From the NCBI GenBank assembly GCA_051294375.1, contig CM119265.1:7884629-7948440 (forward strand): a DNA stretch of 63,812 nucleotides. The letters run 5' to 3'. The translations under genes were made by a program, and so were the position numbers. A model generated the notes under the pieces. The model saw only the letters and a list, made by a program, of their open reading frames with translations, was not told where the DNA came from and ran no database searches. Source of the stretch: Paraspadella gotoi. Taxonomy: Eukaryota > Animalia > Chaetognatha. This document shows positions 51,308 to 63,812 of the stretch, piece after piece; positions within the stretch are counted from its first letter, which is position 1; each line of letters starts with the position of its first letter.

Positions 51308-52914
51308 TCCTTCCTCATTTCTTTCTTTCGTTCTTTCCTTATTTCTTTCTTTCTTTCTTTCCTTCTCTCTTGACTTTTCTTTCTCTTTTTCTTTCTCACC
51401 TATTTCTTTTTATTCACTTTAGCGATTTACTTATCCCCTGAAAGTGAACATTTTTTTCCATTTTTTTTTCAGTTACTTAACTTTTTTTTTACTAGGAGAA
51501 CTTATTTTTTTTTTTTTAAATTTACTAATTTCCCTTTACTTTTTATAGAAATTTGCTCTTCTGTCTGTACCCACTAAATCTTCACTTGCTTCATAATATA
51601 ACAATATAGTTTTAATATACTAAATAGCTTAAAAAATAAAAGGGTAATTTGAAAAACAAAATAGCAAAAAATTCTAGTTTTCTTTGTATAGGATACTGTT
51701 TGTATTTGAAAAGAGTTTATGAAAAATATTAAAATTACGCTGACTACAGTACAAAGATACGGATTTAGAAATGGATTGAAAATTCCTTTTCACCTGTTTG
51801 GTGCCGTAATACTTTGGCTAAACTTGTTTCCGAAGATAACTATTGTTCTCGTTATGCTGTGATTAATTGTAAACCTGTCTGTGATTATTTGTAACTGCGA
51901 CCCATGGCCTACCCCCGGCCCGTCCTTCTTGAATAAATCTAAATCTAAATCTAAACATCCATCAGAGTTTTTATTCTTTTTTCTAGAATAGTCCCATTAA
52001 ATTTTTTTATGTTTTGACCTAATTCTAAGAATAGGCTTTATAAATAATAATTTTTTATAAGATAAAGTAATATAAATTTTATCTGCACCCATTAGATCTT
52101 TCCTTGTACCTTCATTTCAAAAAAATTCAAATTATTTTTTTTTATTTATATTATTTTAAATCTTTAAAAATATTTTGTAAAATATTTTTTAACAAATATT
52201 TTTTATTTTATTTAAAGTTTAATTAATATTTTATTTTAATCACCAATGAAGAGGAGGAGCTTTGCATCCTATATCTTTTTCCTTCTCATTCCTTGTCTTT
52301 TTTTTACAGGGCTTGTTGATTTTCAAGATTTTTATTCATTGATACTTTACCCATTATTCTTACATTTTGATTATTAATGGATATCTTTTTCTTAATAAAT
52401 GCTTTACTTTTTATTTCCCATTCTATTATTTTATGAGTATACTTATTCTAGGGATCACTATCTAATTTTTGATTCAATTACTTCATAAATATTTTTATCA
52501 TATTACTAAAATACTAAATACTTTTAATATATTTTTAATTTTAAATAATGCAAGCTGAAAAAAAATGCAATTTGAAAAAATTATACTAGTTTAAAAAAAT
52601 TATATAAATAAAAATAATATTATTTTTATTTATAAAATATTTTTAATTACCAAATTGTTATGATTGCCGCAATAAGTTTAGTTTAAGCCCTTGAAAGCAA
52701 TTTACATGTATTGGCGCCGCCACTGGTTTTCATGTCTGTTACTTTCTTTCTTTAATTCTTTGTTTTTTCTTTCTTTCCATTCTTTTTCTTCAGTCTTTTC
52801 TTCCTTCCCTCTCTCCCTCCCTCCCATCACACACACAAACACTATCCTCCTCCCATCTCCCCTTCACCCTCTTGACTTATTCCCGCCCTCCTTAGAATTC
52901 GTCCTTAGGCGGAA

Positions 52915-53724
52915 ATGCTTTTGCCGTTTCTCTCGTCCTCGTCGTCGCCGCTGACGCCGCCGCCGCCGCCGCCGCTGACGACGCTCCTGTTCCTGCTGCT
53001 ACTGCCGCGGCGGACGTGGAGCGTGAAGCCGTCCGAGCATCCGGAGAACCCGGACGATCATTGCTTGTCTGACTATTATTGCCAACACATCACGGAGTAC
53101 AACGGGATCCATCCGAATTGGAAGACCTGCTGCTTCATAACGGAAGAAGGTGTTCATGGAGACTGAAGAGTGGAAATGGTCGTCGGGGGAAAATTAGTCT
53201 TTCGTCAAATTTCGATCGATCGTTCTTTCTTTCTTTTTTTTTCGTTCCAGTTTTGAACGGTTGTCGTTGTCTTCTTTGTGTTTAGGATTAAGTTCGTTTT
53301 GTTTTAGGAAATAAACAACAATGACGAACCGAATTTTGACCCCAACCTTATTCACTTTTTCTCGTTGTACGAAAATGAACTTGGTTGGCTTCAGCATATC
53401 AATATCAATAATAATAATAAAGTAATAATTGCGTAATACAATCTAATGCCTGATAATTAAAACCGTAAAAAAAGTGGCAGAAATCTCGATCAACGCCAAC
53501 TTTCCTAAAATTGTTGTCATGCTCCCCGCTCACCTTCAGATGGCGACAAAGCCTCCATCTGCACCCACGACTGCAAAGACTGCCAAGATCTTTTTCAGGA
53601 CAGAAGTCCAACTTGCGGCGCTGGCATCGCTTTTCCCGACACTCTCGTCCACCTCGGCGTCGTCGGCCTCTTCCTTTACGGCGTCGTCGGCGTCTTCGCG
53701 GCGCCGCCACGCGGACGTCGATGA
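52915..53724 (+). CDS. Two-exon gene (52915-53149, 53540-53724) for a 139-aa Cys-rich protein with signal peptide and C-terminal hydrophobic (GPI/TM) tail
   Basis: ATG at 52915; GAAG|GT donor at 53150 and caccttcag acceptor at 53539 join in phase 1. Gives ...LLFLLLLPRRTWS-VKPSEHPENPDDHCLSDYYCQHITEYNGIHPNWKTCCFITEEDGDKASICTHDCKDCQDLFQDRSPTCGAGIAFPDTLVHLGVVGLFLYGVVGVFAAPPRGRR*. 420 nt, no frameshift needed, 8 Cys. Confidence 0.75.
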
Positions 53725-54065
53725 TTTTGATTTTAAGTTTCGAGTTGATCGTTCGTTTTCTTATTATCAAATCATGTTTTTTTTTCAATTTCTTGATTTC
53801 TCTCCTCGTTTTTTGTCTATGATGAAATGAAATTTATTTTAATTCAATTTAGTCACTTGACTTTAATATATTGCTTTTTTCTTTTTACTAATGTTTAATC
53901 TCGATGACAGTCTCAGATTCTGTATCAAGTCTCGTCTTAATTCCATTATTTTACGACATTTAATGGAACTGCTTAAGCAAGAGCAAGAAAAAGAATTGCA
54001 GTAGGACATAAGTCGTATCTCTCTCTCTCCTCTCATCCCTCTCTCTCTCTCTCTCTCTCTCTCTA

Positions 54066-54146
<81 letters not shown>

Positions 54147-54433
54147 TTCAGGCGACATACTGATGAGGAAACTCGAATCACACATCGTCTGTCTCGTCGC
54201 ACACTGCGTTGAGAGACAGAGAAATATTTTTTTAACAGAGCTGTCTCTCTCCCTTCTCTCTCTACTCTCTCTTCTCTCCTTCTCTCTCTCGCTCTCTTCT
54301 CTCTCTCTCTCTCCCTCTCTCTCTCTTCTTACCTTGCTCGCTCTCTCGCTTGGGACGCAACACGGTTTTTCGCAGATTTTTTTTCCACTTCATCTCATCT
54401 ACCTTTCCCTTCCGATTTCTCGTCGTCGTCGTA

Positions 54434-54472
<39 letters not shown>

Positions 54473-54639
54473 GTCACTTCCACTCATTTCCTTGATTTCC
54501 TTACTTATTATGTTGACAAATCGGAACTAGGCGACGAAAGACGACAAGTTTAGCGATATGCTCAATCCGCGTGTGTACCCTGTTTAGAATTTGTTTATAT
54601 TAAGTCTTAAATTATATTTTCTAAGTCTTATATCCCAAT

Positions 54640-57600
54640 CAATCTTCAGTATCGGTATTCCTGCTTTCTTGGACGTCGTCTTCGTCTTTTCTGTCATTCA
54701 TACTTTCTCGCTCGTCCCCAAAATTCAACGACGTCAGCATCGTCAGGATGACGTCTTCCGTAACGTCAAGATTTCGACCACGAGTGGGCGTGGCCTCCTC
54801 TCGTCTCATCTCTTCGATTCGATCCGTCGTCCGTCGATGTCATTCTTTCGGTAACGGAAAATCGTATGGCATTGAGATGGCATTCGGATGGCATAGACCT
54901 CTGATATCATCGAAACGGAGAACGGAATGTTAAAAGGTACGTTTAGTAAGTATAAAATATATACGTGTGGTAAAAAGTTAAGAAAATACCCTATAAGGCA
55001 TTGGCCCTTTTGGAATACAAGTTAGTAAGCAACTGAAAGAATAAGTAATAAAACTTGAGGCGGTTCTCCTAGAGTCAATGAACTTTCATTCGGATTTAAT
55101 CTTTCTTTCTTTCTTAATGCGAGTTAGAGCAACAACTTTTAATTAAAACTTATTATGTTGTTCTACTTGCTAAAAATATAAGAAACCCGCCTCTTTTATT
55201 TTTTTCCTTTTCTTTCTTCCACACAAATCTCTCTTTCTTTCTCTCCCCTCTAATCCTTTCTTCTCTTTTTCAATATTCCTCTTTTTTTATTTTTCTCTCT
55301 AATCCTTCCTTCTCTTTTTTTCTTCTCTAATCCTTCCTTCTCTTTTTTCTTCTCTAATCCTTCCTTCTCTTTTTTTCTTCTCTAATCCTTNNNNNNNNNN
55401 NNNNNNNNNNNNNNNCTTGTCCTCTTTTTTTCTTTTTCTTAATTCTCCTTCTCTTATTTTCTACCTCTAATCCTTCCTTCCTTTTTTTCTTTCTGCTAAT
55501 TCCTTCCCCTTCTCTTTTTTTTCTCTTTCTCTATCTCCTTCTCTTTTTTTCTTGGATGTTCATTTTCTTCCTTCGATTCCTTTTTTCCGGTGATTTGCCC
55601 TCAAATCCTCCCCGCCTCAAAAATGTCGCCTTTTTAATCTTGATTATAACTCCATATTCGTTCGACATCGTCTCTTCTTCTATCTCTCTCTCTCTCAGTC
55701 TCCTCTCTCAGTCTCCTCTCTCATCCATCTCGTCTCCTCTCTCTTCTCTCCTCCTTCTTCGTCTCTCTCTTCTTCTCTAAAAACCGTTCGGCGGTGTGAA
55801 AAAGTCTTGAAGTGAAGGAGTATTGACTTCTCTTTTTTTTGCGCCCTCTTAGCCCTCACTTTCGGAACTTTCCCTCCCTCTGCTCTCTTCTCATCGTCTC
55901 TTTCCTTCTTACCATTCTTTCTCAGCTCTAACCTGCGCGCTGCTACTGCTTCCTCTTTTTCCTTCCCCCAAGTCCCTAAACATTCCAAACGTGCAACCGC
56001 CAGGGGCTGGTGCCTTTTCAAAAGGCGGTCTCAGAATCCTTCGCGACTTGCCCGGCAGACTCCCGCGTTAGTCTTTATGTTTTGCATGCTCGCGATTGAG
56101 TCGGTTTCCGGGCCAGATGCCATTACTCGTCAGTGATCGCCCTTTTTTTTTTACCCATTGCCGGTCGAACATGCGAAAGCGAAGAAACGGGATCGGGCCA
56201 CGAAGAGAACGCTTAGGGCGACAAGCAGGATATTAGTACTTCCTTCTCTTTTTTTCTTCTCTAATCCTTCCTTCTCTTCTTTCTTGATTTCAGTTTCTTT
56301 CCTTCGATTCCTTTTTCCGGTGATTTGCCCTCAAAATTCCTCCGCCTCAAAAATGTCGCTTTAATCTTGATAAACTCNNNNNNNNNNNNNNNNNNNNNNN
56401 NNNNNNNNNNNNNNNNNNNNNNNNNNNNNNNNNNNNNNNNNNNNNNNNNNNNNNNNNNNNNNNNNNNNNNNNNNNNNNNNNNNNNNNNNNNNNNNNNNNN
56501 NNNNNNNNNNNNNNNNNNNNNNNNNNNNNNNNNNNNNNNNNNNNNNNNNNNNNNNNNNNNNNNNNNNNNNNNNNNNNNNNNNNNNNNNNNNNNNNNNNNN
56601 NNNCCTCCTCTTCCTCTTTTTCCTTCCCCCCAATCCTAAACATTCACAAACGTCAACCGCCAGGGGGCCTTTCAAGCGTCTCAATCCTTCGCGATTCCCC
56701 GCAGACTCCCGCGTTAGTCTTATGTTTATGCATCTCGCGATTGAGTCGGTTTCCGCCAGATGCCACTCGCAGTCGCCTTTTTTTTTACATTGCGGTCGAC
56801 ATGGAAGCGAAGAAAGCGGTCGGCCACGAGAGACCTTGGCACAAGCAGGATATATATACTAGAGACTTAATATTTAGAATTTATATTCGTGAATTTATAT
56901 TATATTATTTATATTCCTTCCCGAAAAGAAATCGACCGTTGACCTCACGAGCACATTTTTTTTTCTGTTTGTCACTTAATTTATTTTACATCGAATCGAC
57001 GTAGATTTGTTAAAGTTGTTAAAAAAATATTAACCACAAAAACAAATTAGTAATCGATATAAAAAAGAAACTTAGATTTCCATTTTCCAAATGACGCAAA
57101 AATTCAAACACAAGATTTTATGACTTTTAACCAGTGGCATAGATATTAGATAATCTCATTCATCGCCGACAGAAAGTAAAATGGAAAATGTTTTCTTGGA
57201 TGTCTTCCAATTACTCGAGCGGCGACGTCACGCTTCTCGATTCGTCGAGCGACGAGACCGACTCCGTTCCAATTTCGATGCCACGCAATCTCTTCGCGAA
57301 TTCAAGCTCTTGCCACATGAGATTGACGGTCGTGCCAGTTCTTGCTGGTTGACTTTGACGGTTGTGCCAGTTCTTGCCTGTTGAATTTGACGTTCATGCC
57401 AGTTCTTGTCCGTTGAGTAAGACAGTCGAGTTTGAGTTTGACGGTCGTGCCAGTTTTTGCCTTTTACTAACTCTGACTGTCGTGTAAGTTCTTGCTTTTC
57501 AATATATCAATACGACCGCAATGACACTGTCATCTAAACGACTACTCCGATACGTGTTGCGCCACCGACGCTGCGCCATCCAGTCTACGCCACGAAAGCC

Positions 57601-59063
57601 ACGTCATCAACGCCGCCCAAAAAACTCGCCATTAACGCCACGCCTCGACGAGGCTGGAATGGCGCCGCGAATCGGCGCCAGAAATCGGTTGGCNNNNNNN
57701 NNNNNNNNNNNNNNNNNNNNNNNNNNNNNNNNNNNNNNNNNNNNNNNNNNNNNNNNNNNNNNNNNNNNNNNNNNNNNNNNNNNNNNNNNNNNNNNNNNNN
57801 NNNNNNNNNNNNNNNNNNNNNNNNNNNNNNNNNNNNNNNNNNNNNNNNNNNNNNNNNNNNGAGAGAGAGAGAGAGAGCTTGTTCGGTCATTCGTCTTTTT
57901 CGTTGCAACGTTTTTGCCTTGAAAGATCATAATAAATATCCGTTTCCCGCTGAGAAATCATCGGCATTCGACCCTCCATTCAACACAAACCCCTCGTCTC
58001 ACTCGTTCTCCGTTTCAACCCTTACCCTGGACTTACTTTTTCTCCGTCGCCCCTTCTCCCTTCCTTTTTCTCTTCTCTCCATGCACTCGCCTTCTTTTTC
58101 TCTGTCAGCTTCTCTTTCCCCTCACCAACTTTTATTTTCTTTATTTTCTTCCACTTTCTTATTTCTCACTCTTCACTTACTCAAGGCCCTACTGCATCCC
58201 TCACATTTATTTTCATCTCTCAACCCCCCCCCNNNNNNNNNNNNNNNNNNNNNNNNNNNNNNNNNNNNNNNNNNNNNNNNNNNNNNNNNNNNNNNNNNNN
58301 NNNNNNNNNNNNNNNNNNNNNNNNNNNNNNNNNNNNNNNNNNNNNNNNNNNNNNNNNNNNNNNNNNNNNNNNNNNNNNNNNNNNNNNNNNNNNNNNNNNN
58401 NNNNNNNNNNNNNNNNNNNNNNNNNNNNNNNNNNNNNNACGCCTGGCGGTGATGATATGAAAAATGCCTTTTTTTTTCTTTCTCCTCCGCCTTGCGAGAC
58501 AAAAGAGCAGCGGGGGAAGGGAAGATGGGAAAATCGGGAGAAAAATGGGGATGGGAACAAAAGTTTAGGAATCTCGAGCGCGCCCGACGGGGGGAGCGGT
58601 CCTGCCGCCATTGCGAATGGCGAGGAGCGCTTCCACCGCCTTCGCGAGCCTTTTGAGAGCTGTCTTGCGGGCTTTGCAAGTGGCGGAGAGCGATCTCAAC
58701 GCTTTTGCAGCTAGAGTAGTCTAGCTGCATTCGTGAGCAGCTTTTCCAAAGATTTTAAGTTTCAAAAATTGGCTCGTTTTACCAAATATGTTTCTAGTTA
58801 CTATTAAAATTTAAGAAACCGTATCTAAAATTACCAGCTAAAAAAACTAAATGGCCAAGAAATTGCATGATAATGTAAAATTCAACAGTAGTATCATAGG
58901 TTTACACTTTGAACTTTCATAAAACTTGTCATAAATAACAAACTTTAACTACCGTAATCAAAAAAGTCAATTAAAGAAAAACGAGTCAAAACTGTCGTCG
59001 ATTATCGTCGACGACGTTTTTATCTCTCGATCCTTAATGGAAAACGATGGCGCATCTCTCGCC

Positions 59064-59105
<42 letters not shown>

Positions 59106-61690
59106 CACCGGACGACGAATGGATTTCGGTTCAATTTTGAAAGAGAAAAAATCGTTGGGGCGGGGTTCTCCTTCCCACCCCCTCTTCCCTTTTCTCCACC
59201 CCCCACCCCCACCCCTTCAAGATGAGGGCGGAGGAGCGATGGAGAAGGATGATGGTGACGGGCAAAGGACAGTGAATGATGGGGAAGCGGAGGGATGGAG
59301 AGATGGAGAGGCACTACGCCGCGACGGCGCTGAATGATGGTGATATAAAGAGGCCGAACACTGAATGAAAATGACAGAGATGGAGAGAAGATGAAGTAAA
59401 GGGATGTGGCGGNNNNNNNNNNNNNNNNNNNNNNNNNNNNNNNNNNNNNNNNNNNNNNNNNNNNNNNNNNNNNNNNNNNNNNNNNNNNNNNNNNNNNNNN
59501 NNNNNNNNNNNNNNNNNNNNNNNNNNNNNNNNNNNNNNNNNNNNNNNNNNNNNNNNNNNNNNNNNNNNNNNNNNNNNNNNNNNNNNNNNNNNNNNNNNNN
59601 NNNNNNNNNNNNNNNNNNNNNNNNNNNNNNNNNNNNNNNNNNNNNNNNNNNNNNNNNNNNNNNNNNNNNNNNNNNNNNNNNNNNNNNNNNNNNNNNNNNN
59701 GGGAGGGAAGAAAGTTGATGGGGTTGTAGTTGGGAAGGAACAAAGTTGATGGGGATGTGGTTGGGAGGGACGAAAGTTGATGGGGNNNNNNNNNNAAGGG
59801 AAGAATGTTGATGGGGGATGTAGATGGGAGGGAGCAAAGTTGATGGGGATGTAGATGGGATGGAAGTAGTTGCCTAGTAATCAACCGATTATGCCGTAAC
59901 CGTAACCAGTGAAGACTTTGTCGACGGCATTAGTGTAAACTGAAATTAAACTAAAAAGGTGTTGATTTCGGGGGCAAGATTTTCGGATTAAGATTAAAAT
60001 CGATCGGAATTCCTTTTATTTTCATAGAAAAATATCAAACGTCGCATCGGATCTGCCCCCTGCCTNNNNNNNNNNNNNNNNNNNNNNNNNNNNNNNNNNN
60101 NNNNNNNNNNNNNNNNNNNNNNNNNNNNNNNNNNNNNNNNNNNNNNNNNNNNNNNNNNNNNNNNNNNNNNNNNNNNNNNNNNNNNNNNNNNNNNNNNNNN
60201 NNNNNNNNNNNNNNNNNNNNNNNNNNNNNNNNNNNNNNNNNNNNNNNNNNNNNNNNNNNNNNNNNNNNNNNNNNNNNNNNNNNNNNNNNNNNNNNNNNNN
60301 NNNNNNNNNNNNNNNNNNNNNNNNNNNNNNNNNNNNNNNNNNNNNNNNNNNNNNNNNNNNNNNNNNNNNNNNNNNNNNNNNNNNNNNNNNNNNNNNNNNN
60401 NNNNNNNNNNNNNNNNNNNNNNNNNNNNNNNNNNNNNNNNNNNNNNNNNNNNNNNNNNNNNNNNNNNNNNNNNNNNNNNNNNNNNNNNNNNNNNNNNNNN
60501 NNNNNNNNNNNNNNNNNNNNNNNNNNNNNNNNNNNNNNNNNNNNNNNNNNNNNNNNNNNNNNNNNNNNNNNNNNNNNNNNNNNNNNNNNNNNNNNNNNNN
60601 NNNNNNNNNNNNNNNNNNNNNNNNNNNNNNNNNNNNNNNNNNNNNNNNNNNNNNNNNNNNNNNNNNNNNNNNNNNNNNNNNNNNNNNNNNNNNNNNNNNN
60701 NNNNNNNNNNNNNNNNNNNNNNNNNNNNNNNNNNNNNNNNNNNNNNNNNNNNNNNNNNNNNNNNNNNNNNNNNNNNNNNNNNNNNNNNNNNNNNNNNNNN
60801 NNNNNNNNNNNNNNNNNNNNNNNNNNNNNNNNNNNNNNNNNNNNNNNNNNNNNNNNNNNNNNNNNNNNNNNNNNNNNNNNNNNNNNNNNNNNNNNNNNNN
60901 NNNNNNNNNNNNNNNNNNNNNNNNNNNNNNNNNNNNNNNNNNNNNNNNNNNNNNNNNNNNNNNNNNNNNNNNNNNNNNNNNNNNNNNNNNNNNNNNNNNN
61001 NNNNNNNNNNNNNNNNNNNNNNTTTTTTTCGATATATCGCTCGACGCAGGTCTGGTTGCTAAGTTGCAATCAATCGGAAGACTTTAAAATGTTTGGATGT
61101 TAAAGAGGAGTTGAGAATGTGAGAAAAGGTGAAGCAGAGGAAGAAAATCATTGGGATGAATAAAGAATTTCATGTGTTGAAGTCATTTTTTTTTTAAATA
61201 AAGCCGTACCCACCTCAAATGACGACAGGTTAAGCGCTGCCTTAATTTTTCTTTCTTTATTTCATTACTTCTTTATTTTCTTTCGTCATGATCCTCATCA
61301 GTCATCACCCTTCTTTCTTCCTTTTCTTCCTCTCCCCCCCCAAAACTTTCGTCCGTTTATCAAAGCAGAAGGCGAGGGTGGGTGACGCCCTCCCCTTTCG
61401 GAACTCGTGGCCATTTCACTTGCTTCCTCTTTCCACACCCAGTCCTCACATACCTTTTACCTCTCTTCTCTTTTTCATCCTTTCACCCCTCTTCTCTTTT
61501 TCATCCTCCTCTCTCCCCGGATTCAGCTCCAGTCCTCTTATCCGCTACTCCTCGTCTCTGATCCAATCTCTGCTCACGCTATCCATTGCGGTTTTGCTCC
61601 AGTTCTCCCGTTTATGCTCCTCCTCGCCTCCGCTCCAGTCCCTCGTCCGCTTCCGTCAATAAGAAACCCGACGAACTCTAACCTCGGCAT
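54640..61690 (-). CDS. Unidentified multi-exon gene (tentative)
   Basis: ATGCCGAG|gttaga first coding exon at 61690-61683 downstream of a promoter-like cluster. Candidate exons with AG acceptors at ~61051 (RPASSDISKK), ~58710, ~57305, ~56833 (VSRGRPLSSLPCRPQCKKKGDCEWHLAE..) and ~54899 (ending ..DDVQESRNTDTED*). No family recognised. Confidence 0.3.
55228..55500 (+). repeat. ~27-bp pyrimidine-rich minisatellite (CTCTAATCCTTCCTTCTCTTTTTTCTT)
   Basis: Direct repeats on both sides of a 25-N gap. Confidence 0.85.
55480..56860. repeat. Direct tandem duplicate (~55480-56240 noisy copy; 56240-56860 cleaner copy with gap)
   Basis: Shared cttcgattcc.ttttccggtgatttgccctcaaa, gactcccgcgttagtct, acaagcaggatat. 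Confidence 0.85.
57323..57500 (+). repeat. 32-bp minisatellite (TTGACGGTCGTGCCAGTTCTTGCTGGTTGACT), ~5 copies
   Basis: Unit starts at 57323, 57355 and 57387, then degenerate copies. Confidence 0.9.
59701..59868 (+). repeat. 31-bp G-rich minisatellite (GGGAGGGAAGAAAGTTGATGGGGATGTAGTT), bordering a gap
   Basis: Five or more visible copies. Confidence 0.88.
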
Positions 61691-61819
61691 CGACTTTGCC
61701 CGGGCAGCGTCGGCGGCGGCGTCGGCGGCGGCGGTAGCTGCCGCGGCGGTGGAGGTGGGCGTGGCCGGCTCGCTCGATACCGAGTGACCCGATATGACCC
61801 TCTTTGGTTCATAAGACCC

Positions 61820-61902
61820 TCGCGATTCGAACGCCGCTCACGCGAGAGACGCACGTGGGACGCGAGCGCGCGGGGGACGTGAAGACCGGAAGTGGGCGGC
61901 GA
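61820..61902 (-). promoter_or_regulatory. CpG-rich promoter-like region with E-box CACGTG and ETS site CCGGAAGT
   Basis: gcacgtgg at 61851 and accggaagtgggcgg at 61885; adjacent GC-rich putative first exon ends in ATGCCGAG|GT on the minus strand. Confidence 0.5.
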
Positions 61903-63812
61903 TGACTTTGTTGTGAAAGGATATAAACATGTATGATGTTTATATTTACCCCGAGCGTTTACCTAAAGTGGAGCTCTTTTAAAAACTACTCTTTTATACA
62001 TGTTTAGAAAATTTCAAACAAATTTTTTTTTCCATTAGAAAGGACATTGATTTTCTTATTTTATTACAATTTTGCCTAATAAATATTTTTGAAACCTCGG
62101 TTATCGCGATAACGTTGGGAAATGATCATCTTGCTATCCTTCTTCCAATTGCATTGTATTAAATTTATGGTTGACATTCGATCGACATTATTTCTCCTTT
62201 TTCTCCCTTTCCTTACAATTTTCTCCCTTAACCTTTTCCTATTTNNNNNNNNNNNNNNNNNNNNNNNNNNNNNNNNNNNNNNNNNNNNNNNNNNNNNNNN
62301 NNNNNNNNNNNNNNNNNNNNNNNNNNNNNNNNNNNNNNNNNNNNNNNNNNNNNNNNNNNNNNNNNNNNNNNNNNNNNNNNNNNNNNNNNNNNNNNNNNNN
62401 NNNNNNNNNNNNNNNNNNNNNNNNNNNNNNNNNNNNNNNNNNNNNNNNNNNNNNNNNNNNNCCGTAGGCAGAGGAAAATCAGAGATTTCTTTCGGAATCA
62501 ACGATCGCATCAAAAGTTTTGATCTATCGTCGCGTCAACCCTTACTTGGGGGACCGGGTCCTGGAGACCTGGGAACCTGGGGACCTTGGGACCTGGGGAC
62601 CGACTAATCGCTTAGGTTCTCTAAGTTTTAAACATCCTGACCTTCAGAAAAAAAAATTTTGATTTTAATAGGAAATGAATTTTAGTTGTTTTTTTTTTTT
62701 TAATTTTAAAAAAATATATCTTTAAAGTTACCAACTAACCCCAGGATATTTTAAATGCGCTTTAAAGTTTTAAACTCTTATTTTTTTTTCTAACGGGCTT
62801 TTCAATGCAATTTCAATGCACTCAAGCTCCATTGATTTTCCTGACCAACTAAGGCTTTTCAATCAACCGAACTGCCAATTTTCTTTTCCTTGAAAACGCC
62901 AAAATACCCACACTTAGCAATCAAGCCACTTTTGCATCATGTTAACTTCTTCAGACGAAACGATAAATCCTACTAGATATCTTTTCTTCTTGATTCGCAT
63001 ACTCATACATCTCATACTCTGAACTCAGTACTCATCAATATCATAAAACTCTAGCATCCTCTCTCTCTCTCTCTACTCTCCATCATAAATCCAAATATTT
63101 TTTAGTTATTTTCCATATATCGTATGACGAAACGTTTAAACGTACCAATCAATAACATATGAGAGACAAGAAATATTTCCAGTTGAACTCCAAGAACGCC
63201 AGAAANNNNNNNNNNNNNNNNNNNNNNNNNGAAATCTTCCCCCCTCTTTTGTCCGGGCGTTGTTATTTTGTTTTCTTTCGGTAAACAAACCTCGAGACGC
63301 TCCCCCGTAAACAAAAGACGAGAGAGCGAGAAAAAGCGGAACGGTTATAAATAAAACGCGAGGACATCGTTGGATAAATGACGGATGAAGGGCAAAAAAA
63401 AATATTTAAAAAAAACTTGGTTTCTTTGTGTTTTTTTACTGCGACCTCTATCTTTAAAAAAATGTAATTACATTATCAACTAATTCATATTTATAATAAT
63501 CTGTCGTGACTAAGTAGTTTCGCATATTTTTATATACATATGTGCCCGAGGTTAGCAGGGCTTTCCCGCTCTTCCTTTCCCTTCTGTTTAAAACAAGTAC
63601 AAAACCGCGAATTAGAGAGTGTACGAACACCATTCTTTTTTATTCGTCGGTTACGTGCGTTCGCGCGCATCGACTGCGTGTGAGTTCGACAGCGGAATCA
63701 AACATTCTTATCTTGCTCCCTCTCTCTTATTGTTATAATATTTTATTTCGCAAAGCCAAATGATAGAGGAATAAAAAATTTCTTTTGTCTCGCTCAATAT
63801 GGCTCTCTCTCT

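Noticed and set aside
54576-54594. miR-10-like TACCCTGT...GAATTTGT
   Set aside because: The middle differs and is 3 nt short; no complementary star arm.
57323-57500. 32-bp repeats of CRISPR-like length
   Set aside because: Head-to-tail with no spacers: a minisatellite.

Overview
Eukaryotic, most likely animal, draft-assembly sequence. It is AT-rich, dense in (AG)n/(CT)n and (GAC)n microsatellites, and has many N gaps plus stretches that look like raw long-read gap fill (indel-rich duplicates, recurrent 25-N gaps). Most ORFs in the supplied track are translated microsatellites. Manual splice-aware reading suggests several real genes. (1) A highly divergent integrin beta-like gene on the minus strand (~6150->1100, possibly with a low-complexity 5' exon to ~7180). 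Its PSI, hybrid and betaI motifs are in the correct order, but its MIDAS is degenerate (D-N-R-K-S). (2) A divergent integrin alpha-like gene on the same strand starting at ~30476, with a possible TM/'WKCxFFKR'-like tail at ~7550-7380, directly upstream of the beta-like exons. (3) A clean two-exon gene for a 139-aa Cys-rich membrane-anchored protein (52915-53724). (4) A frameshifted C2H2 zinc-finger ORF island, an Asp-rich repeat exon and an unidentified minus-strand gene near the right end. Structural features include a ~1.3-kb-arm palindrome with a 2355-bp TIR element (8-bp TSD) in one arm only, an AT-rich ~1.9-kb fold-back, several minisatellites and promoter-like motif clusters. All protein family calls come from by-eye motif comparison with family consensus recalled from memory; no database search was run. 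No rRNA, tRNA or CRISPR array was found.
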